A DNA stretch of 64,000 nt, taken from NCBI RefSeq assembly GCF_009914755.1, contig NC_060925.1; one strand, written 5' to 3'. Shown piece by piece: positions 32,313 through 47,463 of this stretch. Position 1 is the first letter of the stretch; each line of letters opens with the position of its first letter. The position numbers and the translations under genes were made by a program. The notes under the pieces are model-generated. The model saw only the letters and a program-made list of their open reading frames with translations. It ran no database searches and was not told where the DNA came from. Source of the stretch: the human T2T-CHM13v2.0 reference genome, Homo sapiens.

Positions 32313-34383
32313 TATCAAGACTTCTTTTATGTCAAATATATTTTAAAATATTTACTTTGTTCATTATTTGAGTTTCTGTCCTCTGGGATTTCAATTATAT
32401 ATATGTTGGTTCTCCTTTGCCTGTCTTTCACATCTATCATTTTTTTCTCTAATCCCAATAACTTTTCCTATACTTTCTTTTCATTTTGCTTGATTTTTCA
32501 TTTCTAACCTCTGTCATTTATGATGTCAGCAGTGGTTATTCTTCCTTCTGTTCTTACAATTTCGTTTTCTTTTTATGGTGCTTTTTTTTTCTTCTACTTC
32601 TTTCATGAACTTGAAGATATAGTTTCTTCAGAGATGTTCCTACTTCATTATGCTTTGTTAAATGCTTTGATCAATGGTCACAACTTTCATCTGCTCTGTG
32701 GGAACATTTTTTCTGTATTCTTTATCTGCCATTTGCTTTTACCATGACTTTCCTCCTTTTTTGACTACTTATCTTGGAAGCAGGTGACTTTCTCCTAGAA
32801 CAATTATTTGTGGAAAGCTGGGGTTGAGGTGGGTGTGGGCTGTGCTCCAATATAGCTGGAAATTCCTTATAACCCAGGGATTTATGTTTAATTGTACCTA
32901 GATTTTATTTCTCCCCATCCATTGAAGATAAACTGTGGTTTTTCATAGGGCAAAGTCTCTTCCACACCATTGCTACAGAGATAGGCTTCTTCCTCCACAC
33001 AGACTCCCACCTGTGTTTTGTCTGTGAGTCCTGTCTCTTTTTCTTCTTGCAACCAAATCACATCCAGTGTCTCCCACACACCACACCCCTGCTGTGGTGA
33101 ACAAAACATTTAGGTTTTGCAGCTCAGGATATGCCTGTCAACTTTGAGAACCATGCTTTCTTCACTCTGTTTGTAACCCTTGGCATCTGGTTTCTCTCTC
33201 CTCTCCCTCACATGTGCACTGCTGTCCATTTACCATTGACACGGGTAGGCTTTCCACTCATTTTGGGAGTTGAGGATTTTAACTCTTAGTATCATCAAAA
33301 GATGGAATTCGCCCCCCTCCCCGCCCCACAATTCTCTTTGTTGCTTTGGGATGATTTCCAAAAAGATGAGGGAGAAAATATTGATTTTATTCCACCCTCT
33401 TTAAAATAGTAGTCTTCCCAAATGGAGGGCTCTGATCTTTAGCCTGTGAGAGATGGGTAGCCATTACAAACCTTTGAATAGTGAGACAATGTGAAAAAAG
33501 AGCTTGAGACTTAATATTGTGGTTGTATTGGGAAGAATGAGCTCGAAATAGGAAAAGACTAGAGCCTGGGAGATCAGCTGGAAACCTAAAATAACATTGA
33601 GTTGTGAGAATAATGGCCAATAATAGCCTCAAATAAGCTAATAATGATAGGACTGCAAAGAAAAGATACAAAAACATTAAGAATGAAAAAAATCAGTAAT
33701 ACTTGAAGGTATATTACATTTGATAGAGGAAAAAGAGTTAAGAGTGTTTTAAATTTTGAGCCTAAATGAGACATAATAAACGGGACTATGGAATTATAGC
33801 TGGGAATTCACTGAGGTTTGATATTTTTGATAAAATAAATGAGATTACCCTCTGAGAGTGAACTTAAAAGTCAACACATCAGTAATGATTGTGGGTCTGA
33901 ACAGTTAGGTTAGAATGAGAGACCGGGAGACACTTTGTAAAGGTATTGCAAGTGCCCTTCAAATCACATCCCAGAGGACGGTGATCTTTGTCAACTCTCC
34001 GTCATAGCTCTGTTGGCACAGCCACCCTGTGGAGGAGATGGATGCACCACGCTGCCTTGGCTGATGGCATCTGTTTAGCAGGCAGCTGGCTCTTCAGGAA
34101 GAAGATTTAGGAGAGAAGTGGTCACCTGCACAGATACACGCACATCCATGAAGTGTCGCAGGGTAGAATGTACAGAGAGAAAATCAGTGACTAAGGCTGG
34201 ATCCTTTAGGAACAATGACATAGAATGGGAGGGGAAAAAAGACCTGGGTAAGTCAAAGAGGCAGGAACAGTACTGGAAGGTGCAGCATCAAAAAGGAAAA
34301 GAAATGTGTAGACCATGGGAGCAACAGTAAGATGTGGCCCAGGCTGCATTTCTGAAAAGAGCACTTCCTGACAATCATGATAG

Positions 34384-34747
<364 letters not shown>

Positions 34748-34920
34748 TAGAGCCTCTTTTAAAGAAAGACACTGAGCTTCTGACAAAATAAGGAATGCCA
34801 GAAAGGGGTGGGGGTGTGGTGGGAGGGGCCAAATGCCCTGCACCATGCAGGAGTTAGGCCAGGGAAAGAGAATACTAAGGAGGAGGTGTTACAAGGAGTC
34901 TCAGAAAACTAGAGTGCTTT

Positions 34921-35679
34921 TGTGGCTGGCTTCTCCTCCTTGTCACTCTAATGTGAAAGCTCTTCTGGCAAGCAACTCAATCCTAAGCATCCTTTGTAGC
35001 TAAGGGTGACCCATGCAGTGGTTTTGGACAATGAAATATATACAGAAGTACCTGGCATAGGAGTCGCTTTCTAAATAAAAGGGCAAAGCCTCCCAAAGAT
35101 AAAGGGCTTTATCTTTTGCTCTTCCCTTTTCCCCCCTGCTGAGATTAGGACAGACATGGTACTGTAGCCTTCTTGCAGCCTTGAGGATGAAAGCTCCCTG
35201 ATAAGCATAGCAAACCAGGAAGATAGAAGAAGGCTGGGTCTTTGCTGACATCCATACCATCCTGGGACAAGGAATCCCCAGTCTTCAATTTTTTTTCTTT
35301 TTTGAGATGGAGTCTCACTCTATTGCCCAGCCTGGAGTGCAATGGTGCGATCTTGGCTCACTGCAACCTCTGCTTCCCGGGTTCCAGCGATTCTCGTGCC
35401 TTGGCTTCCTGAGTAGCTGGGATTACAGGCACACACCACCACGCCCGGCTAATTTTTGTATTTTTAGTGGAGATGGGGTTTCACCATGTTGCCCAGGCTA
35501 CTCTTGAGCTCCTGAACTCAGGTGATCCACCTGCCTCAGCCTCCCTAAGTGCTGGGATTACAGGCGTGAGCCACCGCACCAGGCCAGTCTTCTTATGTGA
35601 AAAAAATCAGCCTTACTGTTTCAGCCATTGTTGGCTGGCTTCCTGTTATTTGCAACAGAATTGATTCTCAACTGAGACA
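34921..35679 (+). mobile_element. Old ERVL-type LTR (LTR16/33-like) interrupted by an AluS (35289-35586, minus)
   Basis: 3' end 'tttcagccattg...ttcctgttatttgcaacagaa...ctcaactgagaca'; Alu bounded by TSD-like ccagtctt. Confidence 0.55.
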
Positions 35680-36207
35680 GCTATACACTTCTGAGTTGTA
35701 GGAAGAAAGATTTAAATTCCACCAAGAAGGTCTTTCTATTGATTAGAGTAGTTCAGCAATAAAATGGACTTCCTTTATCTTTTTCTCTGAAACTGCTCTT
35801 CCTCCCTGCAACCCCCAGCGTATGCCCCAATCTGGTGAATGTCCCCACCAGCTCTCTGCTCATCTTGGCCGGGGACTAGTAGTCAACCTTGATTCATCCT
35901 CCTACAACCTGCATATCTAATTGGTGGACACTTCGGTTGCTCCTATTTCTGTGACATTTGTGGGCTTGGGATCCAGAGGACACGTATGAGGATGATGTGT
36001 GTGAAGTGGGTGATATTATTTTCAGGTCACCCTTCTGCCCCCCTGTCTTGCTGCTTTTGTTCAGGTTTTAAAACATCTCTTACCTGCACTACCACAGGAC
36101 ACTTGCAACTGGTCTCCTAGCCTCTGATCGTTCACACTGATACTCAGTAATCCTTCCGAAATGCAATCTGTTCCTGTGACTTCTCTACTTGAAAATCTCA
36201 CGAACTG

Positions 36208-36629
36208 TTTTTTTTTTTTTTTTTGAGACGGAGTTTTGGTCTTGTCTCCCAGGCTGGTCTTTGGTCAACTGTGTTTCCATTGTTGACCACAAGGGAGTCA
36301 GCAGAGGAGGTGTGGGTATCTTTTTTTTTTTTTTTTTTTTTTTTTTTGAGTTGGTGTCTCGCTCTCTTGCCCAGGCTGGAGTGCAGTGGCGTGATCTCGG
36401 CTCACTGCAACTTCCACCTCCTGGGTTCAGGCTATTCTTCTGCCTCAGTCTCTCGAGTAGCTGGCATTATAGGCATGCGCCACCACGCCTGGCTAATTTT
36501 TGTATGTTTAGTGAAGACAGGGTTTCACCATGTTGGCCAGGCTAGTCTCAAACTCCTGACCTCAGGTGATCCTCCCGTCTCACCCTCCCAAAGTGCTGGG
36601 ATTACAGGCATGAGCCACAGTGCCCAGCC
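36208..36629 (-). mobile_element. Chimeric AluS with two tails separated by 67 nt copied from 52172-52238
   Basis: Order on + strand: poly(T) and Alu stub 36208-36257, insert 36254-36320, poly(T) and full Alu 36321-36629; degenerate TSD cacgaactgtt (36199-36209) / tgcaaactatt (36631-36641). Confidence 0.9.
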
Positions 36630-37892
36630 CTGCAAACTATTAAGTTAGTTTAGAAGTTAAAAGTTGAGTGTGACTTCTCCTATTGCTCTAGAATTGGTAG
36701 CAGAGTCCATATTCTAAAGAAAGTCAGCAAATATTAGGGCCAGATCTTCCTGCACCCTCTTCATACACACACACACACATGCAACTAACCAGGTATTTGT
36801 AGGAGGCAAAGGAGCTGGCCCCACTGCAGTCTCTCACCACTCTAGTTTATATAAGGTAAGGGCCAGGGTATGGCCATAAAACCATTTCTAGTTTCATTGC
36901 TATTGCTATGGTTGTGGGGGAAAGGCAATGTTTATGCTGAGACTTTTTCTCCCCTCTCCCTGGTTCTTTCTTCTTCCCCTATGGAAGAGTAGAGTGCACA
37001 TCTGCATAGGTACTAGGCCTATCTGAGCAGGAAAAGTAATTGGAAAGAGAGGCAGAGCAGAGGGAAAGAGGGCAACAGGGGAGCAGCCTGCCAGCTGCCT
37101 TTTGAATGGCTGATGAAGTGTACCTTTTCCATGGAAGGCAACTGGGCGTGAGACATTTCCATTACCCCTCCAAGGGGGCTGCCTGCCAGCAAGGGTCCTG
37201 CAGCCTCAAGCAGCTGTGGATGAAACCTGGTGGGAGGTGAGAATGGCGGAGGCGGGTAAAGACCTGAAGCTGAACCCTAAACTCCTTTCCCATTCATGGG
37301 GAAGCTTGCAAGGCCCCCTAGGAATCCACACAGGTGCCCCCGCCTAGTGGTGGAATGCCAGAAAAAGGATAGGGGTAGAGGCCAAATGGCAAGCCGTGAC
37401 CATGCATCATGCAGGAGTTAGCACATGGAGGGCATCGACCTCTTCTGCTAGCCACAGGAGCTAACCAGGACTGGATCACAACTGCTCCCAGGTAAGTGAA
37501 GAAGCCTTTGCCGGTTTTATTTTTCCTGGTATCCTCTCTCTTACCCCGAAGGTCCAGGACCCTAAGAAACATGGGTAGGAGAAGAATAAAAGCTCTCACC
37601 CCTATTCCAAGACCTGGATCACAGTCTAGTTTCCAGAGTGGGAGGAGATTGTTTTATGTCAGATATGAAATTGGATTTTTGAACTGGACTGAAATGTACT
37701 ACTTAAGGAGGCTGAATATAAAGGAATCTGAACCATAACAAAGGTAGGAGGAATGGCTGGAGGAAGCGATGCCACTCCATCTTCATTCTACTAACTGATG
37801 CGCTACTCAGTTCATCAGGGTGTGGGCTCTGTCACCTTTGTAGCCTCATTTATTCCACTCCTTTCAGGATTCCCTGTATTCTAGCCTTACTA

Positions 37893-38267
<375 letters not shown>

Positions 38268-38639
38268 TACAATAATCATTTTATTATTGCTTGTGGTTTT
38301 ATGAGATGGCTGGGCTCAGCTGGGCAGCTCTTCTGCTGGTAGTTCTTGAGGCCTTTTATATGTTTGTGGTCAAGTGGGTCTAGGGTTCAACTTTGCTGAG
38401 GCTTAACTAGGACTTGATGACTAGACCGCTTTTCCAAATGTTAGGACTTTTCACTCCTTGTGGCCCTTTGTGTAGCTTCTCCATGTGCTTTCTTCACCAT
38501 TCCAAAGGAAGGACAGAGAACTGCCAGTCCTCTTAGAGACGAGGCAGGACATGGACATAATGTCACCACTGCTGCCTTCACCACACTGAGGACTCTCTTC
38601 TATTTTATGTTTCTAATTTTTTGATTATGATGACTCTTT

Positions 38640-38893
38640 TGATGATATGAACTACCTGCCCCTTAAGCCTTCTCTGAATAGCACTTATCAACTCAAGCTA
38701 GGTCTGATCACTGTCTTCTGTGTGCCCTGAACATAGGTTTTGGTTTAGTTGCCACTTTTTCCCCAGCTAGACTAGAAGCTAACAAATGGTCATGCCTTTC
38801 TCACTCTTTTTCCTTAGGGCTAGCAAGAGGTGTTGCTGGACACATAGTAGGCAAGTAGTAAGCATTTATTGAATCAATGAATGAATGAATGAG
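38640..38893 (+). mobile_element. L2 3' end
   Basis: 'gacacatagtaggc...atttattgaatcaatgaatgaatgaatga' terminus. Confidence 0.7.
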
Positions 38894-41812
38894 CTTATTT
38901 ATACCTATGAGGTCTATTCCAGCTGAGGTGATCACCATAAGGATTTTTGTGGAACACACTCCAGCAAGTTCAACCAAGTGACATCTGATATCTTTTCCAA
39001 CTAAGAAATTTTATGAATCTTGATCAAGAGAGGGGACAGCTTTGGGGCAAGAGTGGGAGGATGTGTTGTGAGAGATAATGCATGAGGAAGTATTTTTAAA
39101 ATTACAAAATGTAAGAGCAAGTATTATTAGTCTCTCAATTTCAAGATCCCAGTGGATAGCTATACCACAGGACTTAAATCCAAGATTACCTTGTGATGTT
39201 TGGAGAGGAGAGAGTTAAAGATTAGTTCCAAGTTACATAATATGAAATAAGAAAAAGACAAACAAGTTCTTTTGACCTCACTTAAGTTTTACTTGACCTT
39301 TGAATACAAAATAACGCATGAGCAGCTGCCCCAAATGTTACCCTTTTTTCCATGATAGAAAATAGAAAAACATTTCCAACAATTGTTTATATCATGTTTT
39401 TCTTTTGGAACTGTGTGTATGATCAGATGCCTCAGAAAACACCAAAGATAATGAAAAAGCCCTTGGTTCCTGAAGAAGAAAGGTTAAGGGTCCATTTCCC
39501 TTTCATCGCTAGAGGCCATTGTAAAGTAATACATATTTTAATCGCTTATGGAATAATTTCTATTGACCTTTGTGTGTTTGAGTAACTCTAAAGCTTAGTC
39601 TCTTTTTCCTAATCACCTAATTTATTCTCACGTATAAAGTAGCGTACAGTAGTCATGCATTAAAGTTACTTATCACTGATTTAGGTGTTTTTTTTTTTAA
39701 AGGAGGCAGCTTAGTCTTATCTGCAGTTCCAGCAATGAATAATCTGACAGTCAGATATTTCAAAATACTTAACGACTTTTTGCCCTTAACTGCAGCTGCT
39801 ACAGAAAAGAAAAAAGCAGTAAGTACACATAATGGAAATCTCTCCCCAATGGCCTTTTCATTTCCTCCAAGCCCAGGGGAAAAGCATTTCATGGGGTAGC
39901 AGGCATAGGGAGGGTTAGCAGCAAACAATATTAAAAGAGGTATGAAAGATATAATTTTTTTTCAGTAACAGTAGGTCACACCAGGAAACTAATGGAATTC
40001 TGTGGTTTGATCCTTGTGAGTACCATGAACGTCAGTCAGGTTTTAAGACTAAATGGGTAGAAATAACTAGAAGCTTTAAAAGTTTCATGGAACAATAGGA
40101 CATGTATTGCTGAAGAAGACCTCAGCCATGGATCTTTCTTATCTTCTAAGTTTCAGCTGGACCCAAGAAGGTTAAGTGCCTTGGCCAGGATTTCTTTGTT
40201 GGTGGCAGAGTGGGGATTAGATCCACGCTTCTCAACCTGGGACTGTACCTTGAAACCACTTTGGAGTCTCAAAAATCTCAATGTCTGGATCCACCCCCAG
40301 ATATCCTGACTGTGATCAGTCAGGTGTGACCTGGACATTGAGACCTGGAGTGCCCAACTTCTCTTTCAGGATGCTTTCCACATCCTCACCCACCTTGTGC
40401 AGTGTTTTGTTGGGGACAGGACCTAGACATACTTGCCACAGTGTGTTTCCTCTTCAGCACATGTGCCTTTCTATCTTCCTGCCTCCTGCAGACTCATCTC
40501 TGAAGCTAGGAACTGAGCAAGATTGTTGCAATCTAGATCCCGACCTGTCTGTCTAGGTGTGGGTTCCATTCTCATATAAACTGCATGTTTTTGTCTTTGC
40601 GCAATATGCCAATTGGTGTGCAGAGCTCTGCTGTTAACATGCCATCCGTTCTCCTTCCTTCACCTAAATGAGCAGCTGTACCCTCATTTCTGCCTTCCTG
40701 GGGAAGCAAGTCCCTCGTTTCCCCTCACCTGTCACTTTGCCAGGAGAAGACACAGTGAGGAAGCTCCTCACTCGCCTTTAGGTGAGGACATTAAACATGT
40801 CTTTTTCTCCGTTATCCTCCAATACAAGCGGCCACTTTTCCCACCAAGCAGGTAACCCCGTGTCAGTTTAAAACACAGAATTTAGAGTTGGAAAGGACCT
40901 TCAAGATCATCTGGCTCTGTGTCTCACTGGGCAGAAATCCTTTCTCTGTTCGCCTGGCAGATGGCTCTCTGGCTTTGACTTGGATGCCCACTGTGAAAGG
41001 AGCTCATTTTGTCCCATCCCAGCCCATGCAGCTGTTGAGTAATGCTAGTTATTAGCATAACTTTTTAAGTTAGATCATTTCTCATATTCCCCTGGCAGAT
41101 TTCCCAATTATAAATGCCACCACTGGGTCCTAGTCAACTCTGTTTCATCACAGAAGATGGGTTTAGGAGAATGGCCAGAATGGAACCCCACTGCCAGCAT
41201 TCCCCCTTGGAAGGACCAGTGAATGAGGCATGTCTGAAATGGGGTACCTAACAAGCTGTAAGTTCTTTCGACCTTGACCTTGCATAACTCATTTTCTCCA
41301 TTAGCTGAGAGCATCAGCTGCATTCTGTGCAAAGGCAGGTTATTAGAGTGAGCCTGTGTCTCTCGGTGGCTCCACACACCTGCACCACCATGCCAAGAGC
41401 CCAGATCAAAACAACCTCATGGAGATGAGTGCATGCTTCCCCAGGAGGGTGCTATGTCTTGCTAGTGGTGCAGTTCCTCACACTGCCTATAAATCCCTGA
41501 GCTCCCCAGAAGGTTGTTTATGAGAGAAGGATGTTGGATCACATACTTCTTCAAAAAGCAACAAAATATTTGCAGTGGTGCCTGATTTTGCCTTAGCGAT
41601 GGATGAAACTCCAGAAAGAATATAGATATAACCTACGAGTATCCGCTGAATGCTCGAACAGGTGGGGATTTTGAAAAAACCTGTGAAGGCACTCTCTGTG
41701 CCTTGCTACCCAGTGTGCGGTGGGCAGACTGGCAGCTTATTAATCACCTGGGGGCTTGTTAGAAAGGCAAGATCTTGGGCCCCACCCAGAACTACTGAGA
41801 AGAGCTGCTTGA

Positions 41813-42270
<458 letters not shown>

Positions 42271-43662
42271 TAGGTGCATTTCATGAAAATAAGGTGCATT
42301 TTAACTGGATGGAGACAGCATCTTAACCCAGAACAGTGGGCAACGTGGCAATGAAGTGAGTGGTTACTGGGACAGAAGAACTTCTGGCGTGTTTTAATCC
42401 AAAGGCATAGGGATGAGGCTGCAAGATCATGGGGCGATCATTCTTGAATTATCATGGGGTCATTCATTTGTTCATTCATTCATTCATTCTAAGAGTAGAT
42501 ATGATCATTGTAGCAACTTGATTAAATACAGAAGTGTATAGATCAAAAATTAAAACCATACATATTTCCACCACACCAAAAACTATTGGTAACATTTTAT
42601 TGTGGTGCATGTGCTTACAGATATTTTTCTATTAAAGACCTACCATTTATATAATATGCATTTGTATGTTTGCTTAACTTTGACATAATATTATGAGCAG
42701 TTTCTATTTATCTGTATTCTTCAAGAATGTGATCTGATTTTAAATAGTTGCAATGTATATACTTATCAAACTATGCTTGTCCAAGTTCTTATTGCTGGAA
42801 ATTTAGTGTGTTTTATTTACAGTTCATCTTCATTATAAGTAGCATTGGGATAAGCATCAGTGTGCATGAATCTCCGTGCACACATTTAACATTTATTGAA
42901 TTCCAATGTGCCTTACACTAATTGCCAGGCATGCAAAATTAAGTCCAATGGAATCTTGCTCTTTGTGAGGGGCTTATATGCAGAGTTCATAATAAAATGA
43001 ATCAAGGTCTTTGGTAATGTCTACAGAAAGTTAAAGTCAGTGTGTTCGTATTTTTATCCTGTGCATTTTTCTCCTTTGTTTTGTACCTTGAGGAGTTGCT
43101 TCATTCAACGTTTCACAGGTGACACACTTCTTAATTACTAAAGGAGACGGTACTGATAATAATTCCTAATTGAGCATATAGTGTTTAACATCTCAGGCAG
43201 AATCTAAACATGACATTTTCAAGATATTCTCAAAACCTCTACAGTGCATTCCTTTTCATAGTTGAGCCTTGTGACTAGGATGGGACTGTAATGGGAATAT
43301 TGCATTTTTTGGCATGGCAGTGATGAATTAATCCTCACTCTTTGCACGGACCTTGTAATGAAGAAAGCCATGACTTGCATAGCAAAATGGCTTAGCATTT
43401 TGGAGGAGCAACAGTGAATTTTGTGCATAGCTGCAATCTCTTTCAACCATGATGGGGATGTGTCCCAGACCCTCAGCTGCAGAGCCCTGCTGGAGTACAG
43501 AGACAAGCATTAGCCCTGTGACTCATTCCAGCCCTCGGTAGCTATCTTTTCTTTTGCTCTTGCAGCCTTTCACTGGTAGCATTGAGGCTTCGTTTTGTAC
43601 ATTTTAAGTGATAGGTCACTGTCAATGTTGGGGGTGGGTACTTCTGCCTTTCACATATCTGA

Positions 43663-44042
<380 letters not shown>

Positions 44043-45767
44043 AGGGCAGGTCATAGCTTTCTTTAGTGTTTGGCGCAGATCAGTTCCATAAGAGGCAGGT
44101 GCCAGGGGTGAGGGCAGAGTTCCACAGGCAAACACAGAAGCCTGCATGCTCTTCAGCCTCTCAGATGTGGGGGAGGTGAAGGTCATGTTTCATCTTACAC
44201 TGCTGACTAATCTAGAGCAGTGTCAGAGCATCTCATTGCACAGCCATAAGGAGGTCATTCACTATCACACAATTATTGCCCCACATTTGCACTTAAAGTT
44301 GGCTCTTCTCAGCTGGAGTCACTCTGGGTTCTGGAGCCTAGTTTTTTTCTGGGATCAGGTTGGCTGATGCACCTGGGGGGCCCATACCCCAGATCTCAGC
44401 TTCTCCATAGCAGGTTGAAAGACTTATCATCATTTCTAAAGAGTTTAGCAGAAACTCAAGTTACTCTCTATATAAACCTGGCAGTTCAAACTTTTCAAAG
44501 TGCCTCTGGAAGGTCCTTGTCATTGGGACCTCCTAATACTCTGAGGAGTTGCCTCACTTTACGTCTGGCAGGCCAGGGCTCCAGCCTGTGAGCTCAGTGA
44601 CTTGCTTTGGGTCCACACTTGCACCACTCTGAATTCTTCCCAGGTGTGGAAGAGTGAAAATCCTGATTCTGAGCTCACAAAGGAGTAGACGGCTAGTTAG
44701 TGCCAAGAGGGGTAGATGTGAGGCGTGCTCAAAATGCACACAGCCATACGTAGAACCTGCCACCCACAGTCTCTTCTGAAGTGGCCTGGGGCTGGATGAA
44801 GGTTTCAGAGTGCACCCTCAGCTCCACTCTGCTTATTCCTTCACCTACAGATACTCAACTGGAGCTTTCCCAATGCCAGGCACCTTCACAGCATGGAGGA
44901 CCTCACCATGAGGGAGGCAGATGTGGTGTTTATAGAAGAATGAGATCAACAAACAAGAAGTTAAATATGGAGCAAGATGGCTTCAAGAATCCAGTACATG
45001 CTGTAAAGGAGGCGAATCAGGGTGTTAAGACTGTTCATGTGTCGCGAAGGCATGTGAGGAGCCAACATTCAAGCTAAGAGCTAAACAATGGGAGAAGTCA
45101 GTTGTTAGTGGATGAGCTACAGACAGAGGGACAAAGGAGTGACAGCAGAGAGATGTGCAACAGAGAGAAATGCAATGCAATATGAGTTCTGATGGTAGCA
45201 CCTATGCCATGCTGATGAGTTCCTTTGAGGGCTGTGCCATCCTGGGTGTTATCATTGTCTGCCTGGCCATTTCCCCTCTTGAGGACATGTTACCAACTGC
45301 TGTGATTGAGAATTCAGGGGACCACACTAACATCAGAGGAAACTAGTGCACACTAACCTCTTGCATAAAGTGAAAGGAAATTGATCTACCACCAAGATTC
45401 TTATAAGTGATGTTTTTCCCAATCCCTGACCATGGCCAGTGTCATGAAGTTGTCATTGCAATTGGACTCAGAACATTAGGGGCCTGGAGAAAGAAATACA
45501 GAATTAGGTCTTCTAAGCCTTTGTTTATACCCTGGGTCCTTTTAAAATTCCTATTTCAGACTCTGGGCCTGTGGTCCTTCCTAAAATGTACAACTAAAGC
45601 AATTCTCTAAGGGTTGAAGTTTTTTTAGAGGGACATTAAATGGTTTTTCTTCAAAAATTTGACTCAAAGAAGGAAGGGACCAAAGATATACACATATTCT
45701 TTGGTACCGTTACTTGCACTTAGAATCTGCATGAAAATGTTTAAATAGCTACCCCAGGCTTACAGCT

Positions 45768-46322
45768 TGTGGGCTGAGCTTTTTATCCCTATCTCCTGGT
45801 GCTCACCTCTTTGTCTAATTCCTTCCCCTTGAGTATGGGCAGGACCTGTGATTGCTTTTAACCAATAGAATACAGCAAAAAGAGTGGGCCATTGTTCCCA
45901 TGGTTCTATTATGTAAGGTTTTGTTTTGGTTGCCAACATGAGAGACTCTCCTTGCTGGCTGGATGAAGTAAGCAGGCATTTTGAGGAAGCTATGTGGCAT
46001 GGGTTAACAGGCAGCCTCTAGGAGCTAAGGACAGCCTCCCAACATCAGAAAGAAGCCAAGGGCCTCATTCTCACAACCTCAAAGAAATAAATGCTGCCAA
46101 TAACTGGAGTGAGCTTGGAAGTGGATTCTTCCCCACTCCAGCCTCCAGATGAGAACACAGCCTGGTCAATACCTTGATTATAGCTCTGTAAGACCCTGAG
46201 CAGAAGACCCAGTAAAGTTGTGTCCAGATTCCTAATACCTCAAAACTGTGAAATAATTAATGCGTGCTGTCATAAACCTCTATGTAGGGGTAATTTGTTA
46301 TGTGGCATAGCAAACTAATACA
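45768..46322 (+). mobile_element. MLT1-type solo LTR
   Basis: 'ccccttgagtatgggcaggacctgtga' and end 'atagcaaactaataca'. Confidence 0.75.
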
Positions 46323-46710
46323 TTTATGAATCTATTTAACCTGGGATTGATAAAAGCAGTGGCTTTGGCTAGGTTGGATATTTTCATGGGCAGCAGTTCT
46401 CTAAGTGACTTATGGGTCTGTGAGGTGAAATCTCCATGGTCTGGGGCTTGGCTGTGGGCAGGAGAGATGACCCAGAGTCAAGATAGAGAGTGGCCAAGAC
46501 CAGCCCTTAGGCCAAACCCCAGCCTGCCTCCACCCACAAGAGGGAAATGGTCTTCCAGTAAGTTATTTATAGGCAACAGAGGTTGTTAGCAGCCAGCAGA
46601 AAAAGCTTACATTTGGGAAGAAAAAGTACCAAGATAGCAAAAGTGAAGAAAAGACTAGTGGTAAAGAAAAAAGAGATAAGAAATGGTAGGAAAGATTTTC
46701 AATAAGAGGT

Positions 46711-47012
46711 GACGGGTCTGGGCTAATATGAATGGGGTTACCCTAATCAGACCTAATCAGGACAGGGATACCCTAATCAGACTTAATCTCAATGGGAATA
46801 CTTAAATCAGACCTAATCTGGATGGAGACACCCCCAGTGAGGCCCCATCTGGATGAGTACACCCCAATCAGACCCAATCTGGACAGGAACACCCCAGTCA
46901 GACCCAACCTGGATGCAAATGGCCAATCAGATTTCATCTGGATGGGGACACCCTAATCAGACCTAATCTGGATGGGGAAAGCCCAATCAGAACTAATCTG
47001 GATGGGAGATAC
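46711..47012. repeat. Degenerate 30-bp minisatellite, ~9-10 units, consensus ccctaatcagacctaatctggatggggaca
   Basis: Period 30 visible from 46741 to 47010. Confidence 0.9.
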
Positions 47013-47463
47013 CCACCAACTCTTGCTCCCTAGCCAGCTAAATTGCCAACTCCAAGAATTTATAAAGATCCTATTAAAAAAATAATAACATTAGGAAAGC
47101 AACCTCTGGCACTTACAGCAGAAAACTAGAACTCATTCATTTAAAGAACAGCTTTAGAATTTTCTAAATCATAGAAAGCCTTCCTTCTCTCACAAGCTAA
47201 TTCTGCAAAGGATCAAATACAGATTTATGGGGGTGGTTCTAGGAGTCTAATTGAAAAGTAAAGGAAATTCATGACTGTGCTTCAGTTCCTTTATTTTCTT
47301 TGGAGGCAAAGCATCAGTGCTGGCCCTGAACGAACAAGTATAACCAACTTCCAGCCCTGTGTGAGATATTACTGGTATTGTCTTTTTCTGCATCAAAAAG
47401 GTCCTTTGCATCTGTGGAACTTCTACAGGGTCATGAGTCAACTTTCTACCTATACTTTTTGAG

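Noticed and set aside
37345-37425. Third copy of 'ggaatgccagaaa...aggccaaatg...catgcaggagttag' resembling 34790-34860
   Set aside because: It is more diverged, not adjacent to an Alu and lacks the donor TSD. More likely both lie in related ancient LTR-like repeats, which is also a caveat for the 22.7-kb finding.
46711-47012. 30-bp repeat as a CRISPR array or a 10-aa coding repeat
   Set aside because: Eukaryotic context, no unique spacers, and the only open + strand frame is broken by a stop and by 31/29-bp units.
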